64,000 nt of DNA from Acidimicrobiia bacterium (GCA_041576165.1 JBFGLM010000018.1:1-64000), one strand, 5' to 3'. Positions 40,187-51,156 are shown, numbered from the stretch's first letter. A program made the numbers and translations. The notes: a model not told the origin generated them from the sequence alone.

Positions 40187-41404
40187 TCAGAAGACTTCGC
40201 CGCAGAATGGAGCCCGGGCGGTGCGCAGCAGCGCATCGAGGTGACGAACCGCGTCGTCGCGACCGTCCAGGCGTTGTGCCCGCCGGCGCTGGATGGCCGA
40301 CCCGCCGCCCAAGTAGAGGGCACCCAAATCGGCGAGTCCCACGCGGATGTCCGGCGGCGCGTCGCTGGGCCGGCAGCTGGCGGTGCCATCTTTGACGTCT
40401 AGTTCCCACGTGCCGCCACGGGACATGAACTCGTCAATCACTTCGAGCACCAGCCGGCCGTCCTGTTCGTAGCGTCGCTCCTCGAGTGCGCGCGGTACGT
40501 CGAGCACGCGCAGCCACAGCGTGTCGAGACGCCGGGCCGTGATTCGTCTGGGGTCGCTCGCCTCGGCCTCGATCGGATCGTCGACCGGGGCGTTCCACCA
40601 GTGAACGGTCGGGTAGAGATCGATGTTGGTGATGAAATGCCACAGCGCCCGACGGGCGTCATCGTCAAGGGCCACCAGCTCCACGATCTCGACCTTTCCC
40701 ATCGGCAGGCCGCGTTTCCACCTCTCCTTCTGCCGGTATATCAGATACCCGCAGGGGCGGTCACCGTCTGAGGCGGTGACGATCCGTTGGGCGCTGGCAC
40801 CCTGGCGTCGCTGCTCGGGATCGCGTAGGCGCCGGTGCTCCCACCACGCGGGGCTGCGGGACAGGAACCCGGGCGTTGCCGGCTGCACCTGCGCATACAC
40901 CTCGGGCAACACATCCATCGCCGCCTGCGCGTCGATGGTTCGGATGGACAGCCCGTCCGGCCCGGGTGGGAGCGTCACCCGATCGGCCGGCACCGTCAGG
41001 TCGTGGCCGTAGCACGCCGGCCCGTAGCCGAAGCGGCCGTAGATCGGCGTTTCGGAGGCCCACAAGCCTGCCAGGGGTTGGCCGCGTTCAATCGCTTGTT
41101 CCAGGTGCATCCTCATCATCCGGGTGAGGAGACCCTGGCGACGGTGGGTGGGCTGGACGGTCACGATGGTGGTGCCGGCCAGTGGCAGGACGCCACCAGG
41201 AATCGTCAGGTCGAAGTCGAATGAGCCGAAGGTCGCCACGACCCGGCCGTGGTCGAAGGCGCCGATAGTCGTTTCGAGCGGGAACAGCTCTAGGAAGCGC
41301 TCGTCGGCACCCTCCTCCTCGAGTGTGTCGCCGCCGAATCCGCGCGCCACCGCCCGACGCACCTCGGGTACTTCGTCCTTGGTGATGAACCGGATTTCGC
41401 TCAC
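40187..41404 (-). CDS. Eis-family GNAT acetyltransferase
   Basis: VTVQPTHRRQG, LWASETPIYGRFGYG, LWLRVLDV and C-terminal F. Confidence 0.9.
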   Translation of the reverse strand: MSEIRFITKDEVPEVRRAVARGFGGDTLEEEGADERFLELFPLETTIGAFDHGRVVATFGSFDFDLTIPGGVLPLAGTTIVTVQPTHRRQGLLTRMMRMHLEQAIERGQPLAGLWASETPIYGRFGYGPACYGHDLTVPADRVTLPPGPDGLSIRTIDAQAAMDVLPEVYAQVQPATPGFLSRSPAWWEHRRLRDPEQRRQGASAQRIVTASDGDRPCGYLIYRQKERWKRGLPMGKVEIVELVALDDDARRALWHFITNIDLYPTVHWWNAPVDDPIEAEASDPRRITARRLDTLWLRVLDVPRALEERRYEQDGRLVLEVIDEFMSRGGTWELDVKDGTASCRPSDAPPDIRVGLADLGALYLGGGSAIQRRRAQRLDGRDDAVRHLDALLRTARAPFCGEVF

Positions 41405-41495
41405 CGCCGCGATTGTACGTGGCGGCACAATGCACGCCGCCCGAATATCGGACGGTCGGTTCTCGCCTCGTCGAAGTCGGAAACCGCGGTGGGCT

Positions 41496-42263
41496 CTACT
41501 CCGCGAACTCCATGAGGTTGAATTTGGCCCCGTGCGGATCGGCCGCCACGGCGAACCTGCCTATGCCGATGTCGGTGGTAAGACGCAGTACCTCGCCCCC
41601 GAGCGCCACGACCTTCTTCTCGGCGGCGGCGCAATCATCCACTGCGAAGTAGACCGACCAGTGAGCCGGTGCCGCGGCCGGGACCTCGTCGGGCATCATC
41701 ATCATGCCGGCGACATCGTCGTCGTCGAGCTTGAACATCGTGTAGGCAGTCCCATCGGTGAGGCTGGTCACGGCTGTCCAGCCCAACACGGCGCCGTAGA
41801 AGGCCTCGGCTGAATCGGTGTCGCGGGTGAGCAACTCGATCCAGCACGGCGCTCCGTGGTTGCGGGAGAAGTAGATCCCGTGTGGCCTGGGCCCGCTGAT
41901 GATGGCGAACATGCCTCCGGTTGGATCGGCAATCACCGCGACCTTGGCGTCCCCGGGAATGTCGAAAGGAGGCTCGAGGATCTGGCCGCCCGCGTCTTTG
42001 ACCTTTCCGACCGTGTCGTCGATGTCGGCTACGTAGAAGAACGTCGTCCACGCGGCTGGGCTGCCCGGCTGCTCGGCTCCCGGCTCCATCATGCCGGCGA
42101 TCTCCTTGCCGCCGATCTCCGCAGTGAAATACTCGCCCATGGACGTCGTTATACCGACGACGTCCCAACCGAACAGTTGCTGGTAGAAGGCCTGAGAGCC
42201 GTCGACATCGGGGGTCGTCAGGTCGACCCAGTTCGCTGCTCCGTGGGTGCCCGCGTCGATCAT
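41496..42263 (-). CDS. VOC/glyoxalase-family protein (two domains)
   Basis: WVDLTTPD..FY..LFGW and WIELLTRD..FY..VLGW; DPTGG and DPHGA. Confidence 0.9.
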   Translation of the reverse strand: MIDAGTHGAANWVDLTTPDVDGSQAFYQQLFGWDVVGITTSMGEYFTAEIGGKEIAGMMEPGAEQPGSPAAWTTFFYVADIDDTVGKVKDAGGQILEPPFDIPGDAKVAVIADPTGGMFAIISGPRPHGIYFSRNHGAPCWIELLTRDTDSAEAFYGAVLGWTAVTSLTDGTAYTMFKLDDDDVAGMMMMPDEVPAAAPAHWSVYFAVDDCAAAEKKVVALGGEVLRLTTDIGIGRFAVAADPHGAKFNLMEFAE

Positions 42264-42450
42264 CGTGTCACCTCCTGGTTCCACTTTCAGGCTCGATCTC
42301 ACGTCGCCGTAGTGCTAGTGCCATTCGGCATCTCTGGGCCGAGCGCGTGTGCCGCCCGCTCCTGCGGTGGCGGAACCTGCCTGGATAGGCACACGGTGGC
42401 GGCAGCGCCCGTGCCGGCCGGCTGGCGCAGGCTGATGGCGGATGTGGCGC

Positions 42451-42648
42451 CTAGCGGAGCTGTTCCCCAGCGGTGCCGCCCACCAGGAACAGCTCGTCGT
42501 TGTCGGTATGCGCGTGCGCGACGAACTCTCCCTCGACGCTGACGACCTTGAGCTCCATGTTGTCGACCCGGGGCGCGATCCTGGATGACCAGTGGTCGTC
42601 GAACGAGGAGAAAGCCTGGTCGAGGTTGAGGGGTGCGTGTTCGGTCAT
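42451..42648 (-). pseudogene. Truncated cupin-domain gene
   Basis: DHWSSRI..EGEFVAHAHTDNDELFLV is cupin motif 1; the ORF stops at 65 aa with no motif 2. Confidence 0.7.
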
Positions 42649-43388
42649 TCGCGCAGGCCGGCAATCTTCGGTATGAGGTGGTGTACCACCTGTCGGAGCA
42701 AGCCCAGGGACGCGTTGAAACGCTCCAGCACCATGGCGTGGGTCACCGGTTCGATCTCCCCTTCCACCCCAACGTCGTAGTCGGTCACCACCGCGATGTT
42801 CACGTACTCGAGCCCCAGCTCGCGAAAGAGCGGCACCTCGGGAATTTGCGTCATGTTCACGAGGTGGAATCCCGATTCGGCAAACCAGCGACTCTCGGCC
42901 CGGGTCGAGAAGCGGGGTCCCTGGATGATCACGTTGGTGCCACCCTCGTGCACCGTCACACCGGCGGCGTGGCAGGCTTCGACGGCCAGGCTCCGGTGCG
43001 GCTCGGAAAACGGGTCTGCAAACGACATGTGCTGCACGTCAGGGCCCTCGACAAAGGTGTGGTCACGACCCCAGGTTCGATCCACCAACTGGTCGGGCAC
43101 CACGAAGTGCCCCGGAGCGTATTCGCGAGTGAGCGACCCGACTGCGCATGGGCCGATGACATCGGTGACGCCAACCTCTTTCATCGCCCAGGCGTTGGCC
43201 CGGTAGGGGATGCGGTGAGGCGGAAGCTGATGGCGGCGGCCATGCCGGGGAAGGAACGCAATGTCCATGCCGGCGACCGTGCCCAGCCGGAGTGGCGCCG
43301 ATGGATCGCCATAGGGGGTCTCGACGTCTACGTCGTGGGCGTTGTCGAGAAAGTCGTAAAAACCCGTTCCCCCAATGACCCCGATCAT
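42645..43388 (-). CDS. mtnP: S-methyl-5'-thioadenosine phosphorylase
   Basis: GVIGGTG, RHGRRH, GPRFSTRAES, VNMT..PE and VTDYD. Confidence 0.92.
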   Translation of the reverse strand: MIGVIGGTGFYDFLDNAHDVDVETPYGDPSAPLRLGTVAGMDIAFLPRHGRRHQLPPHRIPYRANAWAMKEVGVTDVIGPCAVGSLTREYAPGHFVVPDQLVDRTWGRDHTFVEGPDVQHMSFADPFSEPHRSLAVEACHAAGVTVHEGGTNVIIQGPRFSTRAESRWFAESGFHLVNMTQIPEVPLFRELGLEYVNIAVVTDYDVGVEGEIEPVTHAMVLERFNASLGLLRQVVHHLIPKIAGLRE

Positions 43389-43390
43389 GC

Positions 43391-43681
43391 TCAGTCGTCG
43401 CTGGTGACCTTGGTCGATTTCTTCTCAGGGTCCGACTTCTCGCGCTTCGCCGTCTTTTCCGAGCTGCTGTCCGCCGAACCCGATTTCTTGGACGGCGGTT
43501 TGGTCTTCGAGTCCGTCACGTAGAAGCCGCTGCCCTTGAAAACGACGCCGGTGGGAAAGATGACCTTCTGCAGGGACTTCTGGCCGCACTCGGGGCAGGT
43601 CCTGAGCGGCTTTGCCGAAAAGCTCTGCCGCTTCTCGAACCGGTGGTCGCATGACCGGCAGACGTACTCGTAGGTAGGCAT
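43391..43681 (-). CDS. FmdB-family zinc ribbon protein
   Basis: MPTYEYVCRSC..CPECG..FKGSGFYVTDS. Confidence 0.92.
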   Translation of the reverse strand: MPTYEYVCRSCDHRFEKRQSFSAKPLRTCPECGQKSLQKVIFPTGVVFKGSGFYVTDSKTKPPSKKSGSADSSSEKTAKREKSDPEKKSTKVTSDD

Positions 43682-43835
43682 GACCGCATTCCTCGGAGAG
43701 TTGGAGCGGCCGATCCCGGATCGGCCGAGCCGGATGTTACCAACCGTACGGACGCACTGAGCCGGGCCGGGCCGGGCGCGGTCAGGCATCCGGCCGGGTT
43801 AGCGATGCGCAGGGCCGGGCGTAGACTCGTGCGAG

Positions 43836-44423
43836 ATGAGCTTCTGGGTGGTTCTCTTGGCCGTTGCGGCCTATCTGGTTGGCAGCGTGAACGCCGCGGT
43901 GTTGGTGGCGAGCACGCGTGGTGTGGACATCTATTCCGCCGGGAGTGGGAACCCGGGTGCCTCCAATGTGCTGCGGACTATGGGCAAGGGCCCGGCGGCG
44001 CTGGTGTACGTCGGTGACCTTGCGAAAGGTCTCATCCCGGCGCTGGTAGCGAACCTGGTGTGGGGGTCTCCAGAGGCATTCGCAGTTGGTTTCTTTGCCG
44101 TGATCGGTCATTGCTATCCGCTGTATCACGGCTTCCGGGGCGGCAAGGGTGTCGCAACTGCGGGCGGAGTGCTGCTCGCTGCCGTGCCGCTGGTGGTCGT
44201 GACCTTGGCTGCCATCTACGGGTTGATCGTCGGGATAACGAAGATCTCATCGGCGGGTTCGCTGTCGATGGCCGGCCTGGCCCTGCCGGCCGTTGTCGTG
44301 GCGGGAGTGCGCGGATGGGCCTTGGGCTGGTGGGCGCTGACGATCGCTGTGATCGTGTGGCGCCATCGCGGCAACATCGCCCGGCTAATGAGCGGAACCG
44401 AGAACAAGGTAGTGACTGAATGA
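43836..44423 (+). CDS. plsY: Glycerol-3-phosphate acyltransferase PlsY
   Basis: GSGNPGASN, GHCYP..FRGGKGVAT and HRGNIARL..GTE. Confidence 0.95.
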   Translation: MSFWVVLLAVAAYLVGSVNAAVLVASTRGVDIYSAGSGNPGASNVLRTMGKGPAALVYVGDLAKGLIPALVANLVWGSPEAFAVGFFAVIGHCYPLYHGFRGGKGVATAGGVLLAAVPLVVVTLAAIYGLIVGITKISSAGSLSMAGLALPAVVVAGVRGWALGWWALTIAVIVWRHRGNIARLMSGTENKVVTE

Positions 44424-45238
44424 AGATTGACGTAGCAGTGATTCCGGCTGCCGGCATGGGTACACGGATGCGCCCTGCCACCCGGGTAGTGCCCAAGGCC
44501 CTGATCACGGTCGTGGATCGTCCCGCGATTCAGTACGTGGTCGAGGAGGCCGCGCGGGGGGGCGCGACCAGCGTGATCCTGGTCGTAGATCCCGGTGTCG
44601 GTGAACTGACCGAACGGCATTTCTATGAGCTCGGTCCGCTCCCCGGTTTGGAGGACGTGCAGGTGCGGGCCGTCATTCAGAAGGAGCCGCTCGGGCTGGG
44701 CCACGCTGTGTGGTCGGCCCGCAATGCGGTGGGCGAGCGCCCCTTCTTCTGTCTGCTGGCCGACAACATCGTCCCGCCCGGGCGAGACGTCCTCCCGGCG
44801 CTGGCGGCCGCCTCCGATGGCCGCTCAGTGATGTGTGTACGTGAGCTGGGACCCGAGTTCCTCCACCGCTACGGGGTCGTGGTTCCCGGTGCGTGGCGCA
44901 GCGACACGGTATTGGAGATCACCGGAGCGATTGAGAAGCCCGGGGTGGAGCGGGCTCCATCGAATCTGGGTCTCATCGGGAGATACGTCTTCACCCCCGA
45001 AGTCTTCGACCTGCTGGAGGGCCAGGAGGCGGGCCACGGCGGGGAGATCCAGCTAACCGACGCCATCGAAACGCTGGCATCCACGGACCGGGCGCTGGCG
45101 TCGGTCGCTCCTGGCGACCTGCTGGATGTCGGAACCCCGCCCGGCCTACTGCACGCAACTGCCGTACTCGGTGCAGCTCACGAGGAATACGGCCCCGACT
45201 TCAAAGTGATCATGAAAGCGCTGACGGAGGAAGGGTGA
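44420..45238 (+). CDS. galU: UTP-glucose-1-phosphate uridylyltransferase
   Basis: AVIPAAGMGTR, Q..PLGLGHA, EKP and GEIQLTDAI. Confidence 0.9.
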   Translation: MKIDVAVIPAAGMGTRMRPATRVVPKALITVVDRPAIQYVVEEAARGGATSVILVVDPGVGELTERHFYELGPLPGLEDVQVRAVIQKEPLGLGHAVWSARNAVGERPFFCLLADNIVPPGRDVLPALAAASDGRSVMCVRELGPEFLHRYGVVVPGAWRSDTVLEITGAIEKPGVERAPSNLGLIGRYVFTPEVFDLLEGQEAGHGGEIQLTDAIETLASTDRALASVAPGDLLDVGTPPGLLHATAVLGAAHEEYGPDFKVIMKALTEEG

Positions 45239-46470
45239 GACCGCTGGCCGACGCCCAGCGCGATGTGCTGGCGACAGTGCCCGCCACCGAGAGTGTGACA
45301 GTGGCGTTGGAGCACGCGGCGGGACTGGCCCTGGCCGGGCCGGTGACCGCCCCCCACGACGTCCCGCCTTTCACCAACTCAGCCATGGACGGGTATGCGG
45401 TGCGTGCATCAGATGTAGCGGATGCGCCGGTCGAGCTGAAGGTGCTCGAGGATGTTGCGGCCGGCCACGTTGCCGCCACGGTCGTCGAACCGGGCACCGC
45501 CATCAAGATCATGACCGGCGCTCCGATTCCTAACGGCGCGGACGCCGTCGTCCGGGTGGAAGACACCGAGCCGGGCGAGGGGTTCGTGCGCATCATCACC
45601 GGGGCGGAAACCGGCACCGCAATTCGGCCGGCCGGTGGCGACCTGGCCGCCGGGTCGCCCGTGTTCGATGCCGGCACCCGGCTCACCGCCCGTCATGTTG
45701 CGGTGTTGGCGTCCCTCGGGATTGCGAATCCTGCAGTGCGGCGCCGACCACGAGTGGCGGTGATGTCGACTGGGGACGAGGTGTTGCCGCCTGATACACC
45801 GGAGCTGGCCCCCGGCCAGATCCGCGACACCAACCGTCCGCTGCTGCGCAGACTGCTGAAGGAGCTGGACGTTGCGGTCCTGGATCTCGGGATCATCCGC
45901 GACGACGAAGACCTGCTCCGCTCCACGGTGGAGCGGGCCGCCGCAGAGGCGGACGCGATCTTCACATCGGGCGGGGTGTCGATGGGCGAGTACGACCTGG
46001 TGAAGGCGGTGCTGGCCAAGCTGGGCGATATCGAGTTCTGGCAGGTGGCCATGCAGCCCGCCAAGCCCTTTGCCTTCGGCATGATCGAGGGGACGCCGCT
46101 ATTCGGACTACCCGGGAATCCGGTGTCGGTGATGGTCGCCTACGAGCAATTTGCGCGCCCGGCTTTGCTTCACATGATGGGCGCAACTCGGATATTCCGA
46201 CCGCAAATCCGCGGCATCATCGATGAACGGCTGGTGACCGATCCTCAGAAGACAGTGTTCAGTCGCGTCGAGCTGGAGGAACGCGATGGTGTTTTTCACG
46301 CCCGCGCCTCGGGAGGCCAGAGCTCGAACGTACTATCGGCGCTGGCGGCCGCAGATGCTTTCGGGGTGGTGCCGGTGGCGACCGGCACGCTCGAGGAGGG
46401 CGACCCGATCACGCTGGAGATGTTCACTTGGCCGGAGCGGCGGACGGCAGCCGAGGTGGTCGGTGGCTGA
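45235..46470 (+). CDS. moeA: Molybdopterin molybdotransferase
   Basis: [28 protein letters not shown] and LPGNPVS. Confidence 0.95.
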   Translation: MRPLADAQRDVLATVPATESVTVALEHAAGLALAGPVTAPHDVPPFTNSAMDGYAVRASDVADAPVELKVLEDVAAGHVAATVVEPGTAIKIMTGAPIPNGADAVVRVEDTEPGEGFVRIITGAETGTAIRPAGGDLAAGSPVFDAGTRLTARHVAVLASLGIANPAVRRRPRVAVMSTGDEVLPPDTPELAPGQIRDTNRPLLRRLLKELDVAVLDLGIIRDDEDLLRSTVERAAAEADAIFTSGGVSMGEYDLVKAVLAKLGDIEFWQVAMQPAKPFAFGMIEGTPLFGLPGNPVSVMVAYEQFARPALLHMMGATRIFRPQIRGIIDERLVTDPQKTVFSRVELEERDGVFHARASGGQSSNVLSALAAADAFGVVPVATGTLEEGDPITLEMFTWPERRTAAEVVGG

Positions 46471-46939
46471 CGAGGCCCGACTCACGCACCTCGACGAACA
46501 GGGGCGGGCGCAGATGGTCGACGTGAGCGACAAAGACGTCACTGATCGAGCCGCGGTGGCCGAAGCGGTGGTGTTGATGGCGAACGACACGGCTGCGCTG
46601 TTGTTCGGTGGTGAGCTGCCAAAGGGCGATGCGGTCGCTGCAGCCCGGATCGCCGGGATCATGGCCGCCAAACGCACGTCTGAGCTGATTCCTTTGTGCC
46701 ATCCGCTGATGCTCAGCTCGGTCAAGGTTGAGATCGTGCAGATCGACGGTGGCGCTCGGGTCGTAGCGAGCGTCCGGACCAGCGAGCGGACCGGGGTCGA
46801 GATGGAAGCTATGACTGCTGTCAGCGTCGCCGCGTTGACGATCTATGACATGGTCAAGGGAGTCGAGCGGGGAGCGCAGATCGGTGCCGTCCGCCTGTTG
46901 GAGAAGTCGGGAGGCCGCTCTGGAACCTGGAGGGCTTGA
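46463..46939 (+). CDS. moaC: Cyclic pyranopterin monophosphate synthase
   Basis: [27 protein letters not shown] and YDMVK. Confidence 0.95.
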   Translation: MADEARLTHLDEQGRAQMVDVSDKDVTDRAAVAEAVVLMANDTAALLFGGELPKGDAVAAARIAGIMAAKRTSELIPLCHPLMLSSVKVEIVQIDGGARVVASVRTSERTGVEMEAMTAVSVAALTIYDMVKGVERGAQIGAVRLLEKSGGRSGTWRA

Positions 46940-47116
46940 CCAGCGGTCGCGCACCCGCATCTCGAATGATCACCGGCCGTCAGGCGAGGATTGGATCGTT
47001 CCAGACTTCGCTGGAACGTTCCACGCTCTCTGGCATGAATTCCCAGGATGGTATTTGGTTCGGAATGTCATTCGGTTTAGTGTTCCGCGCGACTTGTACG
47101 GGCGGAGAGCGTTCAA

Positions 47117-47551
47117 GTGAATGCAATATTCATATTTCTCCTGATTGCTGGTGTCTGGGGCGCGTTTCTTCTTCCCCCTGTGTTCCGTTCCCGGAGAGAC
47201 ACCCCGATCAGCACGACCCAGGAATTCACCCGACTGACCGCGCGGCTGGCGGCAGTACACGGCCCGGCGGCGCAGACTGCGCTGATGCACCGGCGTCAGG
47301 TGCTTGCACGGCGGCGGCGGATGCTGATCGCACTTGCCGTCACGGTCGCGGTATCGCTGCTGGCGGCGGTCGCCCTCGGGTCACTTCCCCTCCTATTGGT
47401 GCATGTCATCGCCGACGCCGCACTGATCTGGTACGTAGCCATGCTCCTCCAGATCAAGCAGCGCCAGCAGACGATCAGCAATGTCGTCGACATCACCCCG
47501 GTGAACAGCAGCCAGGAGCAGAGCGAGACCCACATCCTCGCGTCGAGCTGA
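47117..47551 (+). CDS. Membrane protein, SepX/GlpR-like
   Basis: N-terminal TM (W.AFLLP), RRRR followed by two TMs; sits between moaC and tRNA-Ala as sepX does in actinomycetes. Confidence 0.6.
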   Translation: MNAIFIFLLIAGVWGAFLLPPVFRSRRDTPISTTQEFTRLTARLAAVHGPAAQTALMHRRQVLARRRRMLIALAVTVAVSLLAAVALGSLPLLLVHVIADAALIWYVAMLLQIKQRQQTISNVVDITPVNSSQEQSETHILASS

Positions 47552-47555
47552 TCAC

Positions 47556-48179
47556 ATGCCGGCGCCCGACTTCTCGGATATCGAGTCGATCGCCCGCGGC
47601 GAGCTCGATCCGAAGTTCAAGACTCGCGAGCTGGCAATCAACAACGGACGCAACATCATCCGCGCGTCCGCCAACGCGATCAGGTCGATCCATCGAGGCG
47701 AGTACGAGCAAGCTCGGGCGTTGATGGACGAGGTACACGAGCTGGTGGCCGCCGCCACCGCCGCGGTCGACGAGCATCCGGACATAAACACCGGCATCCT
47801 GAACGACGCCGCCAAGGAGTACGCCGAGGCTCGGACGTTCATGGCGTTCGCGCTGGGCGAGCCACTGCCCAAGCCGATCGATCTCGGCATGCGGGTCACG
47901 CCCTACCTACACGGGCTGGGAGAGGCAGTCGGTGAGCTGCGCCGGCGGATGCTCGATCAACTGCGGGCGGGAGAGCTGGACCAAGCGGAGGGTCTGCTGG
48001 CGATGATGGACGAAGTGGTCGACCTGCTGGCAAGCCTCGATTATCCCGACGGCATGACCGGTGGTCTGCGGCGCACCACCGACGTGTCCCGCTCACTGGT
48101 CGAACGCAGCCGGGCCGACCTCACCACGACGATGATCCAGGAGCGCCTTCGGGCCGACCTGGAGAAGCACTCGTCATAA
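47556..48179 (+). CDS. Translin/TRAX-family protein
   Basis: RE..R.I.R.S..AI..IH, KEYAEA, YLHGLGEAVGELRR and LRRTTD motifs. Confidence 0.85.
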   Translation: MPAPDFSDIESIARGELDPKFKTRELAINNGRNIIRASANAIRSIHRGEYEQARALMDEVHELVAAATAAVDEHPDINTGILNDAAKEYAEARTFMAFALGEPLPKPIDLGMRVTPYLHGLGEAVGELRRRMLDQLRAGELDQAEGLLAMMDEVVDLLASLDYPDGMTGGLRRTTDVSRSLVERSRADLTTTMIQERLRADLEKHSS

Positions 48180-48249
48180 GCGTCTGGTACCCCGTCGGGC
48201 TGCTGGTACCATGCAGACCCGCACCCGCCGTTTCCGGCGGCTTTGTGTT

Positions 48250-48323
48250 GGGGCTGTAGCTCAGTTCGGCAGAGCACCTCGTTCGCAACGAGGGGGTCAG
48301 GGGTTCAAATCCCCTCAGCTCCA
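48250..48323 (+). tRNA. tRNA-Ala (anticodon CGC)
   Basis: GGGGCTG/CAGCTCC acceptor stem with G3:U70, anticodon arm CCTCG-TTCGCAA-CGAGG and TTCAAAT T-loop; CCA not encoded. Confidence 0.96.
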
Positions 48324-48442
48324 CGGCACCGATATCAGAAGCCGCTGCCCAGCGCCGGTCAGTTGGAGATGAATTCATCGTCCCACGCCGGGAGGAGTTG
48401 CGCGGTAGCCTGCACGATTGCCCCGGGTCGGAGGAGGATGAG

Positions 48443-48817
48443 GTGACCAACACCATGCTGGCTGAAGCGCTGTTCGCGGCCTTCGAGGCCGGCGATGCCG
48501 AGGCAGTCCGGGGCCTCTGCGCGTCAGATTTCGTCGCCCGCCAGAACAACAGCCCGCGGATGGATCTCGACACGGTCCTCGGGTTCTCTGCCGCAGTCCT
48601 CGGCGTCGTCGAGCATTTCCGCTATGAAGATGCCGTCAGGTCGGAGACGTCATCCGGGTTCGTGGAAGAGCATCGGGTGCGTGGCACGTTGCCGGACGGC
48701 ACCGAGCTAGATCTGGCAGTGTGCGTCGTGGCCGACGTCCGCAACGGGAAGGTCAGCCATCTCCGCGAATACGTCGACGGCGTTGCGGCCGCGCCGCTCC
48801 TCGATGCCCTGCAGTAG
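48443..48817 (+). CDS. NTF2/SnoaL-like protein
   Basis: LFAAFEAGD, GFVEEH and GKVSHLREYVD. Confidence 0.85.
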   Translation: MTNTMLAEALFAAFEAGDAEAVRGLCASDFVARQNNSPRMDLDTVLGFSAAVLGVVEHFRYEDAVRSETSSGFVEEHRVRGTLPDGTELDLAVCVVADVRNGKVSHLREYVDGVAAAPLLDALQ

Positions 48818-49235
48818 ACGGCGTCGATAATCGCGGTCAGCACGATCTGGATCTCGTGGCGTTGGCACGGTCACGCATGGTACAAAGCCCGCCGTTGCCC
48901 TGACCGGGGCTCCTGCCCGAAACCGGCGGTGATGCCAGGCTGGAGACCGCGCGCTCACCGGACGGAGCGGATCAAGCGAGAGGCCGTGCCTCCTCGCCAC
49001 CGTGTTGCTCCGCCTACTCGACACCTCTATGAACGGCTGACAACGACCCCGATCACCCAATCTGGATCGAGAACACACATTCCGTAGCGTGCCCGTGATC
49101 GGCACGTCGGCGGGCGGTTATTCGAAGACATACTCTGGTGGGCTGGGAACGCAGGGGGTGATCTGGTGTTCAGTGACGCCGGAATGCGAGGATCGCCCAG
49201 AACCGCCGGTTCGGGGCGGAACGGAGTGCTCGTTG

Positions 49236-49649
49236 TCACTCTTCGGCCGGAGCGTTATGGGTTGTCGGTGGTTGGATCCGTTCGGTGAGCCATTTGGCTA
49301 CCTCGGTCTCACCGACGTCGCCGGCGGCGATGGCGATCATGAGGTCGACTGCGTCGTCGGTGGGAACCTCGAGTGTGTATCCGTTGAGGATGCAGAACAT
49401 GGTGAGTGATTGCCAAGCCAGTCGTTTGTTGCCGTCGGGAGAGGATGGTTCTTGGCGATCCGGACCGTCAGTAGGGCGGCCTTGTCGGCATAGTCGGGAT
49501 AGAACTCGACCTCACCGAACCCGGCCTGTGGCGCATGGAGTGCCGAGTCCAGCTGAATCCAACCGAGATGCCCGGGCCAGCACCGCCGCACGGGTACCGG
49601 TGACGGCTTCGGCGATCGTGAGCGCCTCGGCGAGGGTGAGGTACCTCAC
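49236..49649 (-). pseudogene. Doc/Fic toxin, frameshifted
   Basis: MRYLTLAEAL start, LDSALHAPQA..YPD..DKAA and KNHPL-P-DGNKR lie in different frames; breaks near 49560 and 49435. Confidence 0.85.
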
Positions 49650-49858
49650 TCAGCGAGACGATCCAGGATCTCCTTGTCCCGCTCGGTCAGCTCGCGGAGG
49701 CGCGCCATGAACTCCTCGTCATTGCGCACCCGGTCGATTTCGGCTTCGAGGGCTTCGAGCATCAGGGCGTTGACGCTGATGCCGCGTCCGCGGGCGATCA
49801 CGTCGGCCTTCTCGGCGAGTTCTTCGGGCATGCGGACGGTGGTAGCGCGTTTCTCCAT
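49646..49858 (-). CDS. Ribbon-helix-helix antitoxin
   Basis: TTVRMPEEL..A..RGISVNAL and EILDRLAE; GTGA-coupled to the doc remnant. Confidence 0.8.
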   Translation of the reverse strand: MEKRATTVRMPEELAEKADVIARGRGISVNALMLEALEAEIDRVRNDEEFMARLRELTERDKEILDRLAE

Positions 49859-50109
49859 GCCGTCATGATAGCACGACGTCATCATGTGGAGGAAGGGGCT
49901 GGACTGCTCAATCCGAGCCAGCCTTGGCGCCGATCACCCACTACGAGCGATAACACGCCAACGCCGGAACCACGCCCATCGGCACTTCGTGTGTGCGAGT
50001 TTGCCACCACTCGGCGCGGGGAAGGCAGATCGACACCGACGTGTTCTATCCGCGCCACGTACGACGAAGCCCGACACGACAATCAGTTTGGGTGACTCGA
50101 AAGCGCCGC

Positions 50110-50500
50110 GGGTGAGTGCCGGAGTGGCCATGTCGAGTGCTTTGTGGGGACGCCGGTAGTTGTACTTCTCGACCCAGTCGTCGATCGCCGCCTGTGCCTC
50201 CTCCATGTCGGCGAAGGTGCGTCTGCGGAGCAGTTACGGTGCGCATCCTTTTGTGGAACCGCTCTACCTGGCCGGTGGTGGTGGGAGAGCGGGGGGCGGT
50301 GAGCCGCTGGGTGATCCCGTTCTCACGACAGATCCGTTCGAACAGCACTTCACCGGGCCGGGCTCGCCGCCGCCCGGTAAACACGGTGCCGTTGTCGGTG
50401 AGGACTTCGTCGGGGAGGCCCCAGCGTCGCATCGCTTCCCCAAACGCTCCGGCTACTGCTCGGGCGGATTCGGAGACCACTACCGCGGCCAGGACGCAGA
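50110..50500 (-). mobile_element. IS481-like transposase remnant
   Basis: GLPDEVLTDNG, RSPTTTGQVERFH and, in another frame, YNYRRPHKALDMATPA; N-terminus is missing. Confidence 0.8.
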
Positions 50501-51156
50501 ATACAGAGCCGATCCTCGACCCGTTCAGAGACATTGCCGGAGGCTCGGTGCGCTTGCTATCGGCTGGTGTGCCGGTCCGGTCTTGGCCGTTGATGCACTG
50601 GGAGCCTTCCGTCACGGTCCATCGCGTCCCGGCGACGACCGCCACCTGCCTGATCAGAGCCTTTTGCCCCTGACCAACGATCGCCGCGCCCCATACGCTC
50701 GTAAAGACTATGCGGGCTAGGTCGGGACGCCGATGCCAATGAGCGGGGGATCTCCAGATTCCGCACCGAGGGGGCGTCCTAGCGGTGCGGGTTGCCATCG
50801 ATGCGGCACTTCGGCGATCGCCGGTCGCGATCAGTTGCTCGCTCACGACGCGCAGGAATCACCCTTTCCAACGAGGATCCCTGCGCGTGGAGTTTCTCCG
50901 TGCATCACACCCCGAAGGAGGCCGATGCCACAACCACGTCTGCACTCTAATCCACATCGCTCCCTTCCGACTCGGTCGCGTCGGACGACGGACGATGACG
51001 GCTCGCCTGGACACGTCACGTGCGCACGGTTATTGCGTCGTCGCGTGGCCGGCCTGATTCGTCGTTCGGATCTCATAATCGGGATGCAGTAGAAGACCGC
51101 TCTTCTTCTCAGCCTCCGCTCGCACTCGAGCGCGACGACTAGAGAGAGGATCAAAC

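Noticed and set aside
46997-47018. Hairpin CGTTCCAG-acttcg-CTGGAACG
   Set aside because: Short 8-bp stem with no U tract; function cannot be supported
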